From NCBI RefSeq assembly GCF_001194135.2, contig NC_068981.1, positions 104,824,116-104,856,561 on the forward strand: a DNA stretch of 32,446 nt, written 5' to 3'. This document shows, piece by piece, positions 11,201-21,660 of this stretch. Numbering within the stretch: position 1 is the stretch's first letter; the number at the start of each line of letters is the position of its first letter. The stretch is from Octopus bimaculoides (Eukaryota). A program made the position numbers and the translations under genes. The notes below the pieces were generated by a model, which saw nothing but the letters and a program-made list of their open reading frames with translations, was not told where the DNA came from and ran no database searches.

Positions 11201-12420
11201 TCTGTAATATCAACATCATTAGATGAAATTATACCCTGAAGTGCAAGGCGGATTTTACCAATTATTTTCAGGTTTTGGTTAGAATTGCGAATTTTGGGGA
11301 GAGTCGTGTTCATTCATACTGTTTTTTTTTTAATTTTCAGCCATTCAGTCATAATTTGATTTTTTAGATCATGTAGTTCTGTTGGGTTAATTTCTGTGTG
11401 ACTTTCATCACCTATTTGATTTTCTTCTGCCTTAGTGTTTATGGTTGGTTCACTTTGTTTATTAGTTACACTAACCCTTTCAATCATTATTGCATTTTCA
11501 TCAGCCCTGGGCTGGTCTATAATGAGTTTCTCTGTAGTATCTTCTTTAGCTGCAGCTTCGTTCCCTTTATCCCTTACTGATTGTTTAATTTGGTCAATCT
11601 CTAATTCAGTTAGTAATTTCTTTTCCATAATGTTTCTTCTGACGTTGGCAAGTTTATTACTGTTTATGTGGGGTCTTACTTCAAGGTGTTTCTGTCTCTA
11701 GTTTAAGCAGGTTTGTACAGTATTTGACTTATTTGTGGGGAAATATATGGCATGAGAGAAGGCTGTAAGAACTTCTTTATTATCTCCCATTTTCATTCTT
11801 TTTCTTTTGGGTATTTGATGACAAGCATGGATGGCCATCTGTTGGAATATTCCGATTGTGGGGTACTTCCAGCTCCTGTGTTTCGGGAAGATCTGAACAA
11901 GTAGCTGACTTTTGTTTTCGAATCTGGTTCATCATTTGAGTACGTGGTCCTTGGTGTTCCGGATGACGACCGGTTTCGGTTTGTATTTTGCTTTGTTATC
12001 ACTGAGGCATGACGAGCTTGGAAGTTGACATTAGGGGACGGATCTGTCTGATTAGAGTTAATTTTTGAGACAACACTGCCTCCGAGTTCTATGCATGTAA
12101 ACATTGTCCGTAACGTAGCTTCTTAAGGCTAACAAATCTGTATTCGTCTGTATCTTTTTTGCTGATAGATTTATGTCCGGGCATAGTTTTTTGTGGTGAT
12201 TTTAAACTTATGAATTGTTCACTCTGTTTTAGTTAAAAATAGAAAATAGTTTTGTTTGTTTTTGTTTTTGTTTTTACCTCGATTGGGACACGTTTTCATA
12301 TGTGTGTGTGTGTGTCCTGTAAATTTCAAGTAGTTGTGTAAACATTGGGATGTATGTGTAGTCCTGTGGATATTTAAATGTATATATGATTGTGTAGACA
12401 TTCGAGTGTATGCGTAATTA
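8203..12420 (-). mobile_element. Near-full-length, inactivated R4/Dong-like non-LTR retrotransposon (RT + C-terminal restriction-like endonuclease)
   Basis: Broken minus-strand ORF pieces carry AWIDYKNAFD and HLIYMNDIKLF (RT, YMDD changed to YMND), RLYLPRKVGGRGL, ETDGFIIAVQDQ, the CRVC..ETIDHVVSMC zinc finger, WHD..IHW and NRPDI..LID..K..KY (PD-(D/E)xK RLE). The 3' end runs into (TAA)n at 8203-8275. Many stops and frameshifts. The 5' boundary is approximate. Confidence 0.9.
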
Positions 12421-12630
12421 CTCAATTTATGTACTTACTGTTTTGTTCCATTTATATTTTATAATTTGTTAACTTTCCAGTGTTGATTTCGTGTGTGTTT
12501 CGCACATGTTTCACTGAGACATCGTGAAGAGGAGAAACTACTTTGTATGGCAGTAAAATTTCATTTTTGTGATTATTTTCGTTAAAAGACCGCTTCCTTC
12601 AAATCAGATTAGATTTGTTTTTGAATGGAG

Positions 12631-12746
12631 AGCCCGGGCTGGTCTATAATTAGTTTCTCTGTAGTATCTTCTTTAGCTGCAGCTTCGTTCCATTTATCCC
12701 TTACTGATTGTTTAATTTGGTCAATCTCTAATTCAGTTAGTAATTT

Positions 12747-12791
<45 letters not shown>
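12631..12791 (-). repeat. 118-bp copy of LINE-internal 11503-11621 followed by (TAC)n
   Basis: 12631-12748 matches 11503-11621 with 3 differences. (TAC)n at 12748-12790. Confidence 0.9.
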
Positions 12792-13071
12792 TTTTACATG
12801 AAAATATTGAGCTCTGAAGGAAGCACTGCCTGAGATAGTAAACTTCTGCTCCAGTGATGAAACCGGAATAAAATCACCAGGAACTGGCTTGTATCTTTCA
12901 ATATATTCTATAAGAAATATTGATGATGTCATTGTTGCTGTTGTTTCTTAAGTCAATGTTATCTATGATCTAGCTGACTTATAATAAAAAGATATTCTGA
13001 TGGTGACGATCTCCTCTGCTTCATAAAAGTTGTCATAAAAGCATGAAAAAATTATGTATAGCCATCTGTAT

Positions 13072-13468
13072 ATCATACTCAATGTATACACATTGTCGAT
13101 AGGCCTCTTACTGCAATGTTTGTCATGGAATTATATTGTTAATGAACTTGCTGTGTTAAACATGCAATAAATATAGAAAGACGTATTTTCTTCCCAGCAA
13201 TGGTCACAAGATCACCACGTGCATTTTGGTCGTCTTTTTGGGCCGTTTCAATGGCATGTACTCGAAACCATTCTTATGCTCAGACGAGAACTCGTTGTTT
13301 TCTTTATATAAGAAAAAGTGAATAAAACACTCACTGTTATTACATATAGCTGTTGGGCAGATTAAAAATCCAGTAGACGCAATTAAGACAGTATTTAATC
13401 AAAATAGACTTCTACGGATCATACTTAATGTATACACTCTGTCGACTGGCCAATTACTGCAATGTTTG
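13072..13468. repeat. 51-bp imperfect direct repeat (13072-13122 and 13418-13468)
   Basis: 44/51 identical by manual alignment, 346-bp offset. Confidence 0.8.
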
Positions 13469-14250
13469 ATTTTACACTTAGTTCCAGTGTCCTTCCTTTC
13501 CACCCTCCTTTTTCTGTTTATGTGGCTTGGAGGATAGCCACCTTCTCCTCGCTTCCAACAAGGACAGCTGCCGTTACCCAAGCCACTTCTATATCCGGTG
13601 GAATTGCTTCTACCCTCACCTTGGAAGTCTTTCTTCCAAGGTATGTGGCCAGAAGCACTACCTCCTCTGTTTTCACCGCCACACTCGCTAGCCTCCTCGC
13701 CTCCTCTACTGCTCTAAATTGTACGACCATTGTGCCATATTTTCTTCCTTTCATCATGTATATTATATCTTTCTACGTCTTCCTTAGTGCTTTTTCCGTT
13801 TCAGCTTCCACCTGCTCGGCCTTTTTTCCTTTTAGGGAGAACACCTTATAGGTGATCGTTCTTCTTTCCATTCGCTCCATAATTCCTTNNNNNNNNNNNN
13901 NNNNNNNNNNNNNNNNNNNNNNNGGGGGGGGGGGGTGACAGCTTCACTTCCCCTCCCACCTTCTGTACCATCTTCTCATATTCCTTCAGACCGGCCAAGT
14001 CCTACTCCCTTCGCTTCATCTCCGTGACCTCAGCGAAACTCCTTGTCTTTTCCAACACACCGTCCATCTTCATGACCGCTCTTCGCAGCTCCTCCTCTGC
14101 TGAAGACAACTCAGACCCGCTAAAATCTGAGTACATTGTCTCTATCCTCGAAGCAGCCAAAAAAAAATACAATGCCTTTGAAAGAATACAAAGAAATCGT
14201 CGATACACCATCCATGAACAACAATCGTTTATTGACAGTTTCAGCTATGA
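13455..14250 (-). mobile_element. Gag-like ORF1 element, copy B (3'-truncated)
   Basis: SSAEEELRRAVMKMDGVLEKTRSFAEV and GRKYGTMVVQFR..LLATYLGRKTSKVRVEAIPPDIEVAWVTAAVL are homologous to copies A and C. Spans a 35-N gap and stops before the zinc knuckle. Confidence 0.75.
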
Positions 14251-14665
14251 CTATCGGTCACCTCCTTGAGTTAGACATGTGAGCTGTTCAGAATAATTTT
14301 CAGATTCCCTTTAGAAGTATATCCGATATCCTACAGGTAATTAATGCACATTACTTAAGCCGCTAACATCCTATTTAATTCATTGTTTTCCAACAAATAT
14401 GTTATCCCTTTCTTAAGTTTCAAACCACACAAGGAAAATTTCATATTCAATGGATTTTATGTGATGAACAAGTTTGTAAATTTTATAATTGCTTTTTTTT
14501 TTCAAGGCGATATATGTAACGTAGATGATCCAGCCAGTAACCGAAGCTTACACCTCGCCCTACAGTACTTATCTACTGTGTGTTCATTATTCCAATAATT
14601 GTTCTTTACGAATGAAAATGGTAACACATTGTATCAATAGATACTTTCACTTAGCTTTATATATT

Positions 14666-14854
14666 CTTTTCTACTGTTGGCACAAGGCTCAAAAGGGGGA
14701 CAGTCGATTAGATCGATCCCAGTATGCAACTGGTACTTAATTTATCAAAGACGAAAGGATGAGAGCAAAGTCGACCTTGGCGGAATTTGAGACAGACGAA
14801 ATACTGCTAAGCATTTCGCCCGGCGAGCTAACGTTTCTGCCAGCTCGCCGCCTT
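14666..14854 (-). mobile_element. tRNA-derived SINE, family A, with 17-bp TSD
   Basis: Minus head AGGCGGCGAGCTGGCAGAAACGTTAGC. Exact TSD ACTTAGCTTTATATATT at 14649-14665 and 14855-14871. Confidence 0.85.
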
Positions 14855-15547
14855 ACTTAGCTTTATATATTACTCCAATATTAGTTTACAATGTCATTTT
14901 CCTGTTATGTGAGCCAACATCTCTTTTATATATGTCTCTTTCCTCGCATTTTTCGTTCACATTATGTAATTGTTTCTTCCTTTCACATTGGGCGAATGTG
15001 TGCCATTCCTTCCTTGTTTGTTCTCACTGGAAATTGTGAAATCTGTAAAACAAATCTATAAATCCTTTCTTTCTTTTCTTAAAATTAAAGTGATAACGGA
15101 TTGGATCAGAATTTAAATGTTTCCTGTGAGGTTTCTTGCTAGCTCAGATTCTACTTCAATTAACTTGAGACAGATAACTTCTGACGTATAAATTACAAAA
15201 CATTGTGGAGTAATATAGTTTCATCTGGAAATATTATGAGAACTAGAGTACACTGTAAAATGTCAACTCTTACAAACCAAGATTCAGCTACTTTTTTCAT
15301 TCGGTCAATCTGCAAAAACAGAAAAAAATATATTTTCCGATTTTACATGTTAGGTGATGTAGAATCTATAGCGCCATTGGATGTTGTTTGAATTCATCTT
15401 GCTTCACTTATATCACAACTTCGTAGTTCCTTATCCATATTTATTTGTTGCTTGGATTCAGTAAGACGTATCGTGTTTTCACTGTTGGAACAAAGTCGTA
15501 AATTTATTAGAGAAAAATTAATTTAATCAAGATATAGGTACAAGATA

Positions 15548-15757
15548 CAGGGTATGTAGTAAGAAGCCTGCTTCCCAACCATATGGTTTCGGATTCATTC
15601 CCACGGTGTGGCATCTTGGGCAAGTGTCTTCTACTATAGTCCAGGGCCGACCAAAAACTTGTGAGTGGATTTGATAGACGGAAACTGGAAGAACCCAGTC
15701 ACGCGCGCGCGCACACACATACACACACACATATATATATATAAATATATATATATA

Positions 15758-15790
<33 letters not shown>
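15548..15790 (+). mobile_element. tRNA-derived SINE, family B
   Basis: Reverse complement of the 151-322 copy (cttgggcaagtgtcttctactatag...gacggaaactg.aagaa.cc), followed by (CA)n/(TA)n. Confidence 0.8.
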
Positions 15791-15822
<32 letters not shown>

Positions 15823-15834
15823 TAGATACATATA

Positions 15835-16006
15835 CAGTTGTCACTTATTGTGACTGACGGTGCAAGTAGAGCCTACATTGCCAGAAATAAGAGTTATGCA
15901 CTGACAGGGGAGATAACCGCTTCTTTGCAGTTTTATGGGTATTTAACTCTTATTTCTAGCAATGTACGTGCTACCCTGCACCGTCAATCACAATTAGTGA
16001 CAAGTG
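15835..16006. mobile_element. Palindromic MITE-like element / long inverted repeat
   Basis: Arms 15835-15896 and 15944-16006 are reverse complements with only a handful of mismatches or indels, around a 47-nt spacer. The left end begins TA|CAGTTG. Confidence 0.65.
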
Positions 16007-16127
16007 AATTTTTCCTTTTTGGTTTTATGTTGCGTATAGCCGCCTTCGTTAGTTTATAATTTATACATATACATGTGTGTATAAATGTATGGATGAATGT
16101 CTACGTGTATGTGTATGTATATATTTG

Positions 16128-16290
16128 TGAGAACCCACCACCGCTTGTCAACCGGTGTTGGTTTATTTACGTCTCCGTGACATCGTAGTTCGGCAAAAAG
16201 AGGCCGTTGGAATAAGAACTAGGCTTTAAAATATGTACTTTGGGTACGCTTTAGAGGGTGCAATTTCATTTGACTTAACACCTACAAGTC
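16128..16290. mobile_element. Degraded SINE fragment
   Basis: ccgcttgtcaaccggtgttggtt..tttacgtc.ccgt..gttcggcaaaa resembles the reverse complement of the extra module in the 23641-23850 SINE (ttgccgaacc..ttacgggg..acaccaacaccgg.tgtcaag.ggt). Confidence 0.5.
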
Positions 16291-16750
16291 ACAAGTTTAT
16301 AGCTGAAGATAATCATGTTTCTACCAATTAATGAACCCGCTTTTGCTTTTTCCAGGAATATAATAAATTGAACTCGTACCCACTATACTGTGCTTACGAT
16401 TTTAAACTATTAAAGAATTTATTGTAACATATGTATATAAATATAATACATACAGCTACAACATCGATTCTCCGGAAACTGTGGTACCAAACACTACGAA
16501 ATGCTGATTTTTTTCGAACCAAAGATGGTTACCTTGGCCAATACATTCTAAATTAAATTAAGTATTGAATTTACTTAAATAAATAATTGAAACACAGTTA
16601 CCAGTACATTAGTGTAAAATAGCCCGAATCATAAGAGCTTTCAGGCCATCAGTGTCCGGAACATGTCGGTGTTGTTGCACCTGTGTACGTGTGTATGTGT
16701 GTGTGTGTGTATATATGCACACACGCACGCACACACACATATATATACAC

Positions 16751-16962
16751 ACGATGGGATGCTGAAAAGTTCATGGTTTTAAGGGCATCGCGAAAAGCCT
16801 TGTTGGAAGCCCAACCTTCCGAGTTCTTTTACAGGGCTTAGAAAACTGAAGGGCCGCTGCATGTGTCAATCTGAGAAGGGAATATGTTGAACAGAATCAT
16901 AATTAACTGATCCTCCTGTATTTTCTTTTACCAAAGCCAGGAACTTTTCAGCATCCCCTTGC
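16751..16962. mobile_element. Mariner/Tc1-type MITE
   Basis: TIRs GGGATGCTGAAAAGTTC(A/C)TGG(T/C)TTT at about 16756-16780 and the reverse complement at about 16933-16957. About 210 bp, no ORF, TA TSD eroded. Confidence 0.7.
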
Positions 16963-16974
16963 GCGCGTGTGTGT

Positions 16975-17030
<56 letters not shown>

Positions 17031-17106
17031 CATGTATGTATGTATAAATATAAACTATCTGTATAGCATATACTATATATATGTGTTTTTTTTTTCTTTT
17101 CAAAAG

Positions 17107-17180
17107 GTGGTACCGGCGACAGTAATCATTGGCTTGGAGTGACGGTTGACACGAACCCCAGAAAGGATAGCAATTTCATT
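17107..17180 (+). CDS. Integrin alpha internal exon (blade 2 start)
   Basis: ttttcttttcaaaAG|GT...ATT|GTAATT, 74 bp, phase 1 to 0. Reads (G)GTGDSNHWLGVTVDTNPRKDSNFI, matching the 'xQWLGxTV' segment of integrin alpha chains. Joins in frame to 20695. Confidence 0.85.
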
Positions 17181-18071
17181 GTAATTTGTTTACACAGCTT
17201 CATAACACAATTGATATGTTATAATAATGAACATGCGTACACACTACGTAAGCTTCATATAGGTGCACACACATACAAATACATAGTTCGATGTGCATAT
17301 ATAACGCATTCGATAGCAAAAGGGATGTTGGCATTAAATCGAATTATTTACAATTGCGAATATGTATTTAAGTGAACTACTATTGTTTAATAAGTGTTGA
17401 AATATTGTTGAAATTGTTCAAGACAATTGAAATTTTTTTTATTATACTTTTTTAAATTTAGAGCTAGTTTATAGATTTGATTATTTAAGTGGCTTTTTCT
17501 GTCTCTACAACGCTTGGAATCTTCTCACCCCATTCCTCGCTTGTTTATTATTGATCAAACAGCTTAAATTACAATTTGAAAGAGTGTGGATCAAACTCTT
17601 TTTTGTTTTTGCGCGGATGATGTTCCAAATATACCTTGAAGATGAAAAAAAAATCTTTAAAATTTTGTTGAATATTTCCACTAAACATCATATAGTCGTA
17701 TGTTTGTAGCAGCAACGATGGTGTCAGCAATAGTAGCGGTGGTGGTATTCAGCTCTGTATGATGAACGCCATAGAGCTAAGAAGGAACAGAACCGAGTCT
17801 TTGATCTGATTTCGATTCTTAATTTTAGTAGATGACATTTCTGAAAATTCATGCCATTAAGTTTTACCATTGGTGGTGATCCGGTCCAGATACCTAACTC
17901 TGCATTCTTAGTACGAATGCGCTAGGATCGTACATAGGTAATATAGTGAGTTAAAAAAAAAACTACGATTAAATGAGAGATTATTGAAGCCCTTGCCCAA
18001 GGAACCGTGTAATGAGATCAAACTGAAACCACGTGGTTGCAAAGCTAACGTCTTAATATATAGTGATGACG

Positions 18072-18285
18072 AGGCGGCGAGCTGACAAAATCATTAGCAC
18101 ACCGGGCAAAATGCTTAGTGGTATTTCATCGCTCTTTAAATTCTTAGTTGAAACTCTGTCACATTCGATTTTGGTTTTCGTCTTTTAGGGGTCGGTAAAA
18201 TATGTACCAGTTGAAAACTGGGGTCGATGTAAGCGACTTACTCCCTCCCCAGAAATTTCTGGCCTTGTGCCAAAGTGTGAAACCA
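18072..18285 (+). mobile_element. tRNA-derived SINE, family A
   Basis: AGGCGGCGAGCTG.CA.AA.C.TTAGCAC.CCGGGC.AAATGCTTAG ... GGGGTCGAT ... GGCCTTGTGCCAAA. Confidence 0.8.
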
Positions 18286-18844
18286 ATGCACAATGATAAT
18301 AATTGAAATTGTATATACAAATAGATGTTTGACTGCTACTGTTATGTTGAAAGCTCCACGTAGCTCATCAGAATCCAGTCTGCTTCCTGTAAAAATTACA
18401 TAAATTCTATACCGAGTAGTATTACTAGTTATGAACTAAAGGGCAAATGTAGGAGGATTATGATATAAATACGAATTTATACTATAATTCTTACGTACGT
18501 TTCACTATTATGGTTGTTTGGAGCTGTGTATTTGGTGTTCCAAGTGCATTTCCGTGCTCAACTACGTACCATGAAGGATAAGATATTCCCTGATGATCCG
18601 TTGTGGTTGAGCATCTAAATGTATTTGGAACATGTATTGCAGGGCTCCAAACAACCATGATGTGCAGGAACGCGAATAGGAACTATAGTATAAACTTCTG
18701 TGTATTCTTATTTCTCATATACAGTGCTGATATTAATTAATGAGTTCGGAATGAGGAAAAGTGAAGTCGACACTGGCTCGGAACGTACAGTTCGTCGCTC
18801 AACTGATTCTTAGATTCCACTCTTCTCCCCATCACTAATAATAA

Positions 18845-19300
18845 TTTCTAATTTTGGTACAATCCCCCCTATCTAAAAATTGGTATCGTTGCCCTAATCG
18901 ACCCTAGTAATATATTTATTTTGTAAATTCGGAAGTATAAAAGTCCTAGTTGACCTTGGAACGATTTAAACTTAGAACGTAGGGTTATATAAATACTGCA
19001 AGGCATTTTGGATGAAAGGCAAGCCGATTAAATCTATCCCTATACCTAACCGTTATTTTAATCTATCGACCTTGAATGGATAAAAGGTAAAAATCAACCT
19101 TGGTAGGATTTGAACACAGAATGTAAATGGTCGGAAATGAATATCGCAAGGCATTTTCTTAGACATGCTAACTATTATATCGTCCATCACCTTCTTAATT
19201 TCTTAGATATGCACAAGACCAAAAATTCGTGGATGGGCAGTTGGTCGATTAACTCTGCCCGATGTTTAACGGGTACTTTATTATATTGATCCTAGAAGAC
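18845..19300 (-). mobile_element. Cluster of about three degraded family-A SINE remnants
   Basis: Recurring tttggtacaa / atcgacc / gaccttgg..gatttgaac.cagaa / gcaaggcatttt motifs in tandem. Confidence 0.55.
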
Positions 19301-19329
19301 AGAAAGACAATTTATTTAAACTCAGAACA

Positions 19330-19749
19330 TAAAGAGCCGGATGAAACAATGCAAAGCATTTTTCAGGTATTTTAACGATTCTCCTTTATTAATTGCCGCC
19401 TCTGGCTTTTGATAATAAGACCACTCTTCGGTCATGAATGACCATGGGTTTGCACCTAGAAAGTTACACTCCCAGGCACAAGTCCGAGCAAAGTTGTTTA
19501 AGGAAGACCAGCAGTTGCCTATGCATACCAGCCTCCCCTCTAACCACCGCCCATGTATCCAAGGGAAAGGCAAAGGCCAATACAGCTTGGCACCAGTGAC
19601 GTCGCAACTAATTTCTACAGCTGAGGGAACTGGAGCAACGTAAATTAAAGTGTCTTGCTTAAGAACACAACGCACAACTCGGTCCGGGAATCGAACTCAC
19701 TACCTCATAATTGTGAGCCTGACACTCTAACCACTGAGCTATGCACCTT
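19330..19749 (-). mobile_element. tRNA-derived SINE, family C
   Basis: Reverse complement of 31668-31997 (gaccatggg.ttgcacctagaaagttac.ctcccaggcacaagtcc..; head ..ctctaaccactgagc.atgc.cctt). Confidence 0.8.
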
Positions 19750-20030
19750 CATGCCTTTGACTACTGGTCAATGACAATAAGGTAGAAAAGCGCCAAACTT
19801 AATGTTTTACAGCATTCAATTATATCTTTGTATATTTTATCAGCAAGTTTTATCAAAGTTGACTTTGCCTTTCATCCTTTTGGGTTCGATAAAATACGTA
19901 GCAGTAATGATGGATGATCTAGTGTCAGCGACTAAAGCGCCACCTTTCAGAAGTTTTTCTTTAGTGGAAACGAATAATATGAAGATAAATATTTAAATAG
20001 ATTACTATATTTAACGAAGTCAACTATATT

Positions 20031-20242
20031 GATTTCAAATTTTGGCACAAGACCAGCAACTTCAAGGGAGAGAGTAAATCGGTTACATCAACCCCAGTGC
20101 TCAACTGGCAATTATTTTATCGATCCCAGAAGGATGAAAAGCAAAGTAGACCTCGGTGGAATTTGAATTCAGAACGTAAAGATGGACGAAATCCCATTAA
20201 ACATTTTGCCCGGTGTGCTAACGATTCTGCCAGCTCGCCGCC
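20031..20242 (-). mobile_element. tRNA-derived SINE, family A, with about 20-bp TSD
   Basis: Ends CTGCCAGCTCGCCGCC on the + strand. TSD TTAACGAAG(TC/CA)AACTATATT at 20011-20030 and 20243-20262 (2 mismatches). Confidence 0.85.
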
Positions 20243-20694
20243 TTAACGAAGCAAACTATATTAGAAACAATATTAAATTCTCTCTAAACAATGAGTTATT
20301 GCTACATAAAGTGACTATTGTTGTGTTTGTCTGTATTGCTTTGTTCAATGATCAGTTATTCTCTAATTATATACAAGTTACCTGTTTCGTACCTGTTTAT
20401 AAGAACATCTAAAAGCTTTGATTAGAAGGAAAACAAAAACTGAAGTCAGGAACGACAGAAACTGTGATGTGAAAAAATTATTATACATCGCTTTAAGGAT
20501 GAAGTTTTTGTTATAGAAAGTAACACAGAAAAGCATAGAGAGATTGTACATAGAGAAGTAATTTTGCAGATGCAAGATGTAATACTGATTGAGATGTAGA
20601 TACATCAATGATATGATAAATAAGCCAGAAATGTTAAATTATATTATTTTATTTACTACATGTTAATGTTAATTTCTGTTATATTTTCTATAAG

Positions 20695-20850
20695 GTATGT
20701 AGTCATAGAAATATTACAACGCTATCCGATTTACATGGAAATTATGATCAACAGACCGGATCTTGTTTCGAGATATCGGGTACGAAGATTGATGTAACCA
20801 CCAAACCTAGAAGTAAGGCAACTGCCGGAATATCTGCTCGTTATTCACAG
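20695..20850 (+). CDS. Integrin alpha internal exon (blade 2 to start of blade 3)
   Basis: ttttctatAAG|GTA...CAG|GTAAGC, 156 bp, phase 0-0. Reads VCSHRNITTLSDLHGNYDQQTGSCFEISGTKIDVTTKPRSKATAGISARYSQ, matching the 'xCxHR...TGxC...AGxS' pattern of alpha4/alpha9-like chains. Confidence 0.85.
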
Positions 20851-21328
20851 GTAAGCAAATCTTTTCATATACATGTTGTTGAATTGTTATGATAATTAAG
20901 ATGAGAAAGGAATGGTATCAACATAATGCTATTTAGTGTAAAAAAGGAAAGTAGAGTATTATTTTGCAAAATTGAAATTATACGATATACAGTATGGTGT
21001 AATTGTTTAGTGCAAGAAAACCAATTATCGGTCCAGGCAGTCGACACTTTTCACTCGCAATATTTTTCTTATTCTGGCAGAAATAAATCTGTTTTTAATT
21101 ACCCTACGTGGAATTACCAGAGTTTGTTTATCATGAGAATAGCATATCCAAAGATCCAGTTTAGTCAGACGGTATAACTAATGACAAATAGTATAAACAA
21201 AAGTCAAACATATTCCGTCTTCTAGTGTTCATACAACACTTATCGGTTTTGTTATCCAAATTCTAGCGAGAGATCTATGTTACATGCAGGCTCCTTCCTT
21301 GCAAAAATGAAACACGTATATTAGCGTG

Positions 21329-21660
21329 TACATACATACATACATACATACATACATACATACATGCATGCATGCATGCATACATACATACATGGAAACC
21401 TGAGATATGTAACACACTGCCTAAATACCAATCTTGAGAACTTATGTTTCTCAAAACCAGAAAGGAGAAAACTAATTCGAAAACTACAGATCCAATACAT
21501 CACTGGAACTGTGAAAATCTGTAAAACTTTCCAGAAGTTTATCGTTTAAATATATATGAGCAGGTCTAGATATGCAACTAAACGCACGAGAATACATACA
21601 TACATACATACATACATACATACATACATACATACATACATACATACATACATACATACA
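21329..21660. repeat. (CATA)n arrays at 21329-21393 and 21592-21660 (others at 16977-17000, 23105-23204, 24710-24850)
   Basis: Read directly from the sequence. Confidence 0.95.
21394..21592 (+). mobile_element. Short 3' fragment of the same CATA-tailed RLE LINE, copy 2
   Basis: Alignable by eye to the reverse complement of about 490-690 (ctaaataccaatcttgagaa...ttccagaagtttatc.tttaa.tatatatgagca.gtctagatatgcaa). (CATA)n on both sides. Confidence 0.85.

Noticed and set aside
8440-12100. Active autonomous LINE
   Set aside because: Numerous stops and frameshifts, and the catalytic YMDD is mutated to YMND (about 9919-9930).
14507-14620. Candidate integrin exon 2 (acceptor 14506, YLLCVHYSNNCSL resembling YxC...C, donor 14621)
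   Set aside because: At 114 bp it is incompatible with the required phase 2 to 1, all three frames contain a stop, and there is no GAP motif.
18500-18610. FGAVYL motif as an integrin blade-1 remnant
   Set aside because: It lies downstream of the following exon, has no cysteines or usable splice sites, and ends in a stop.
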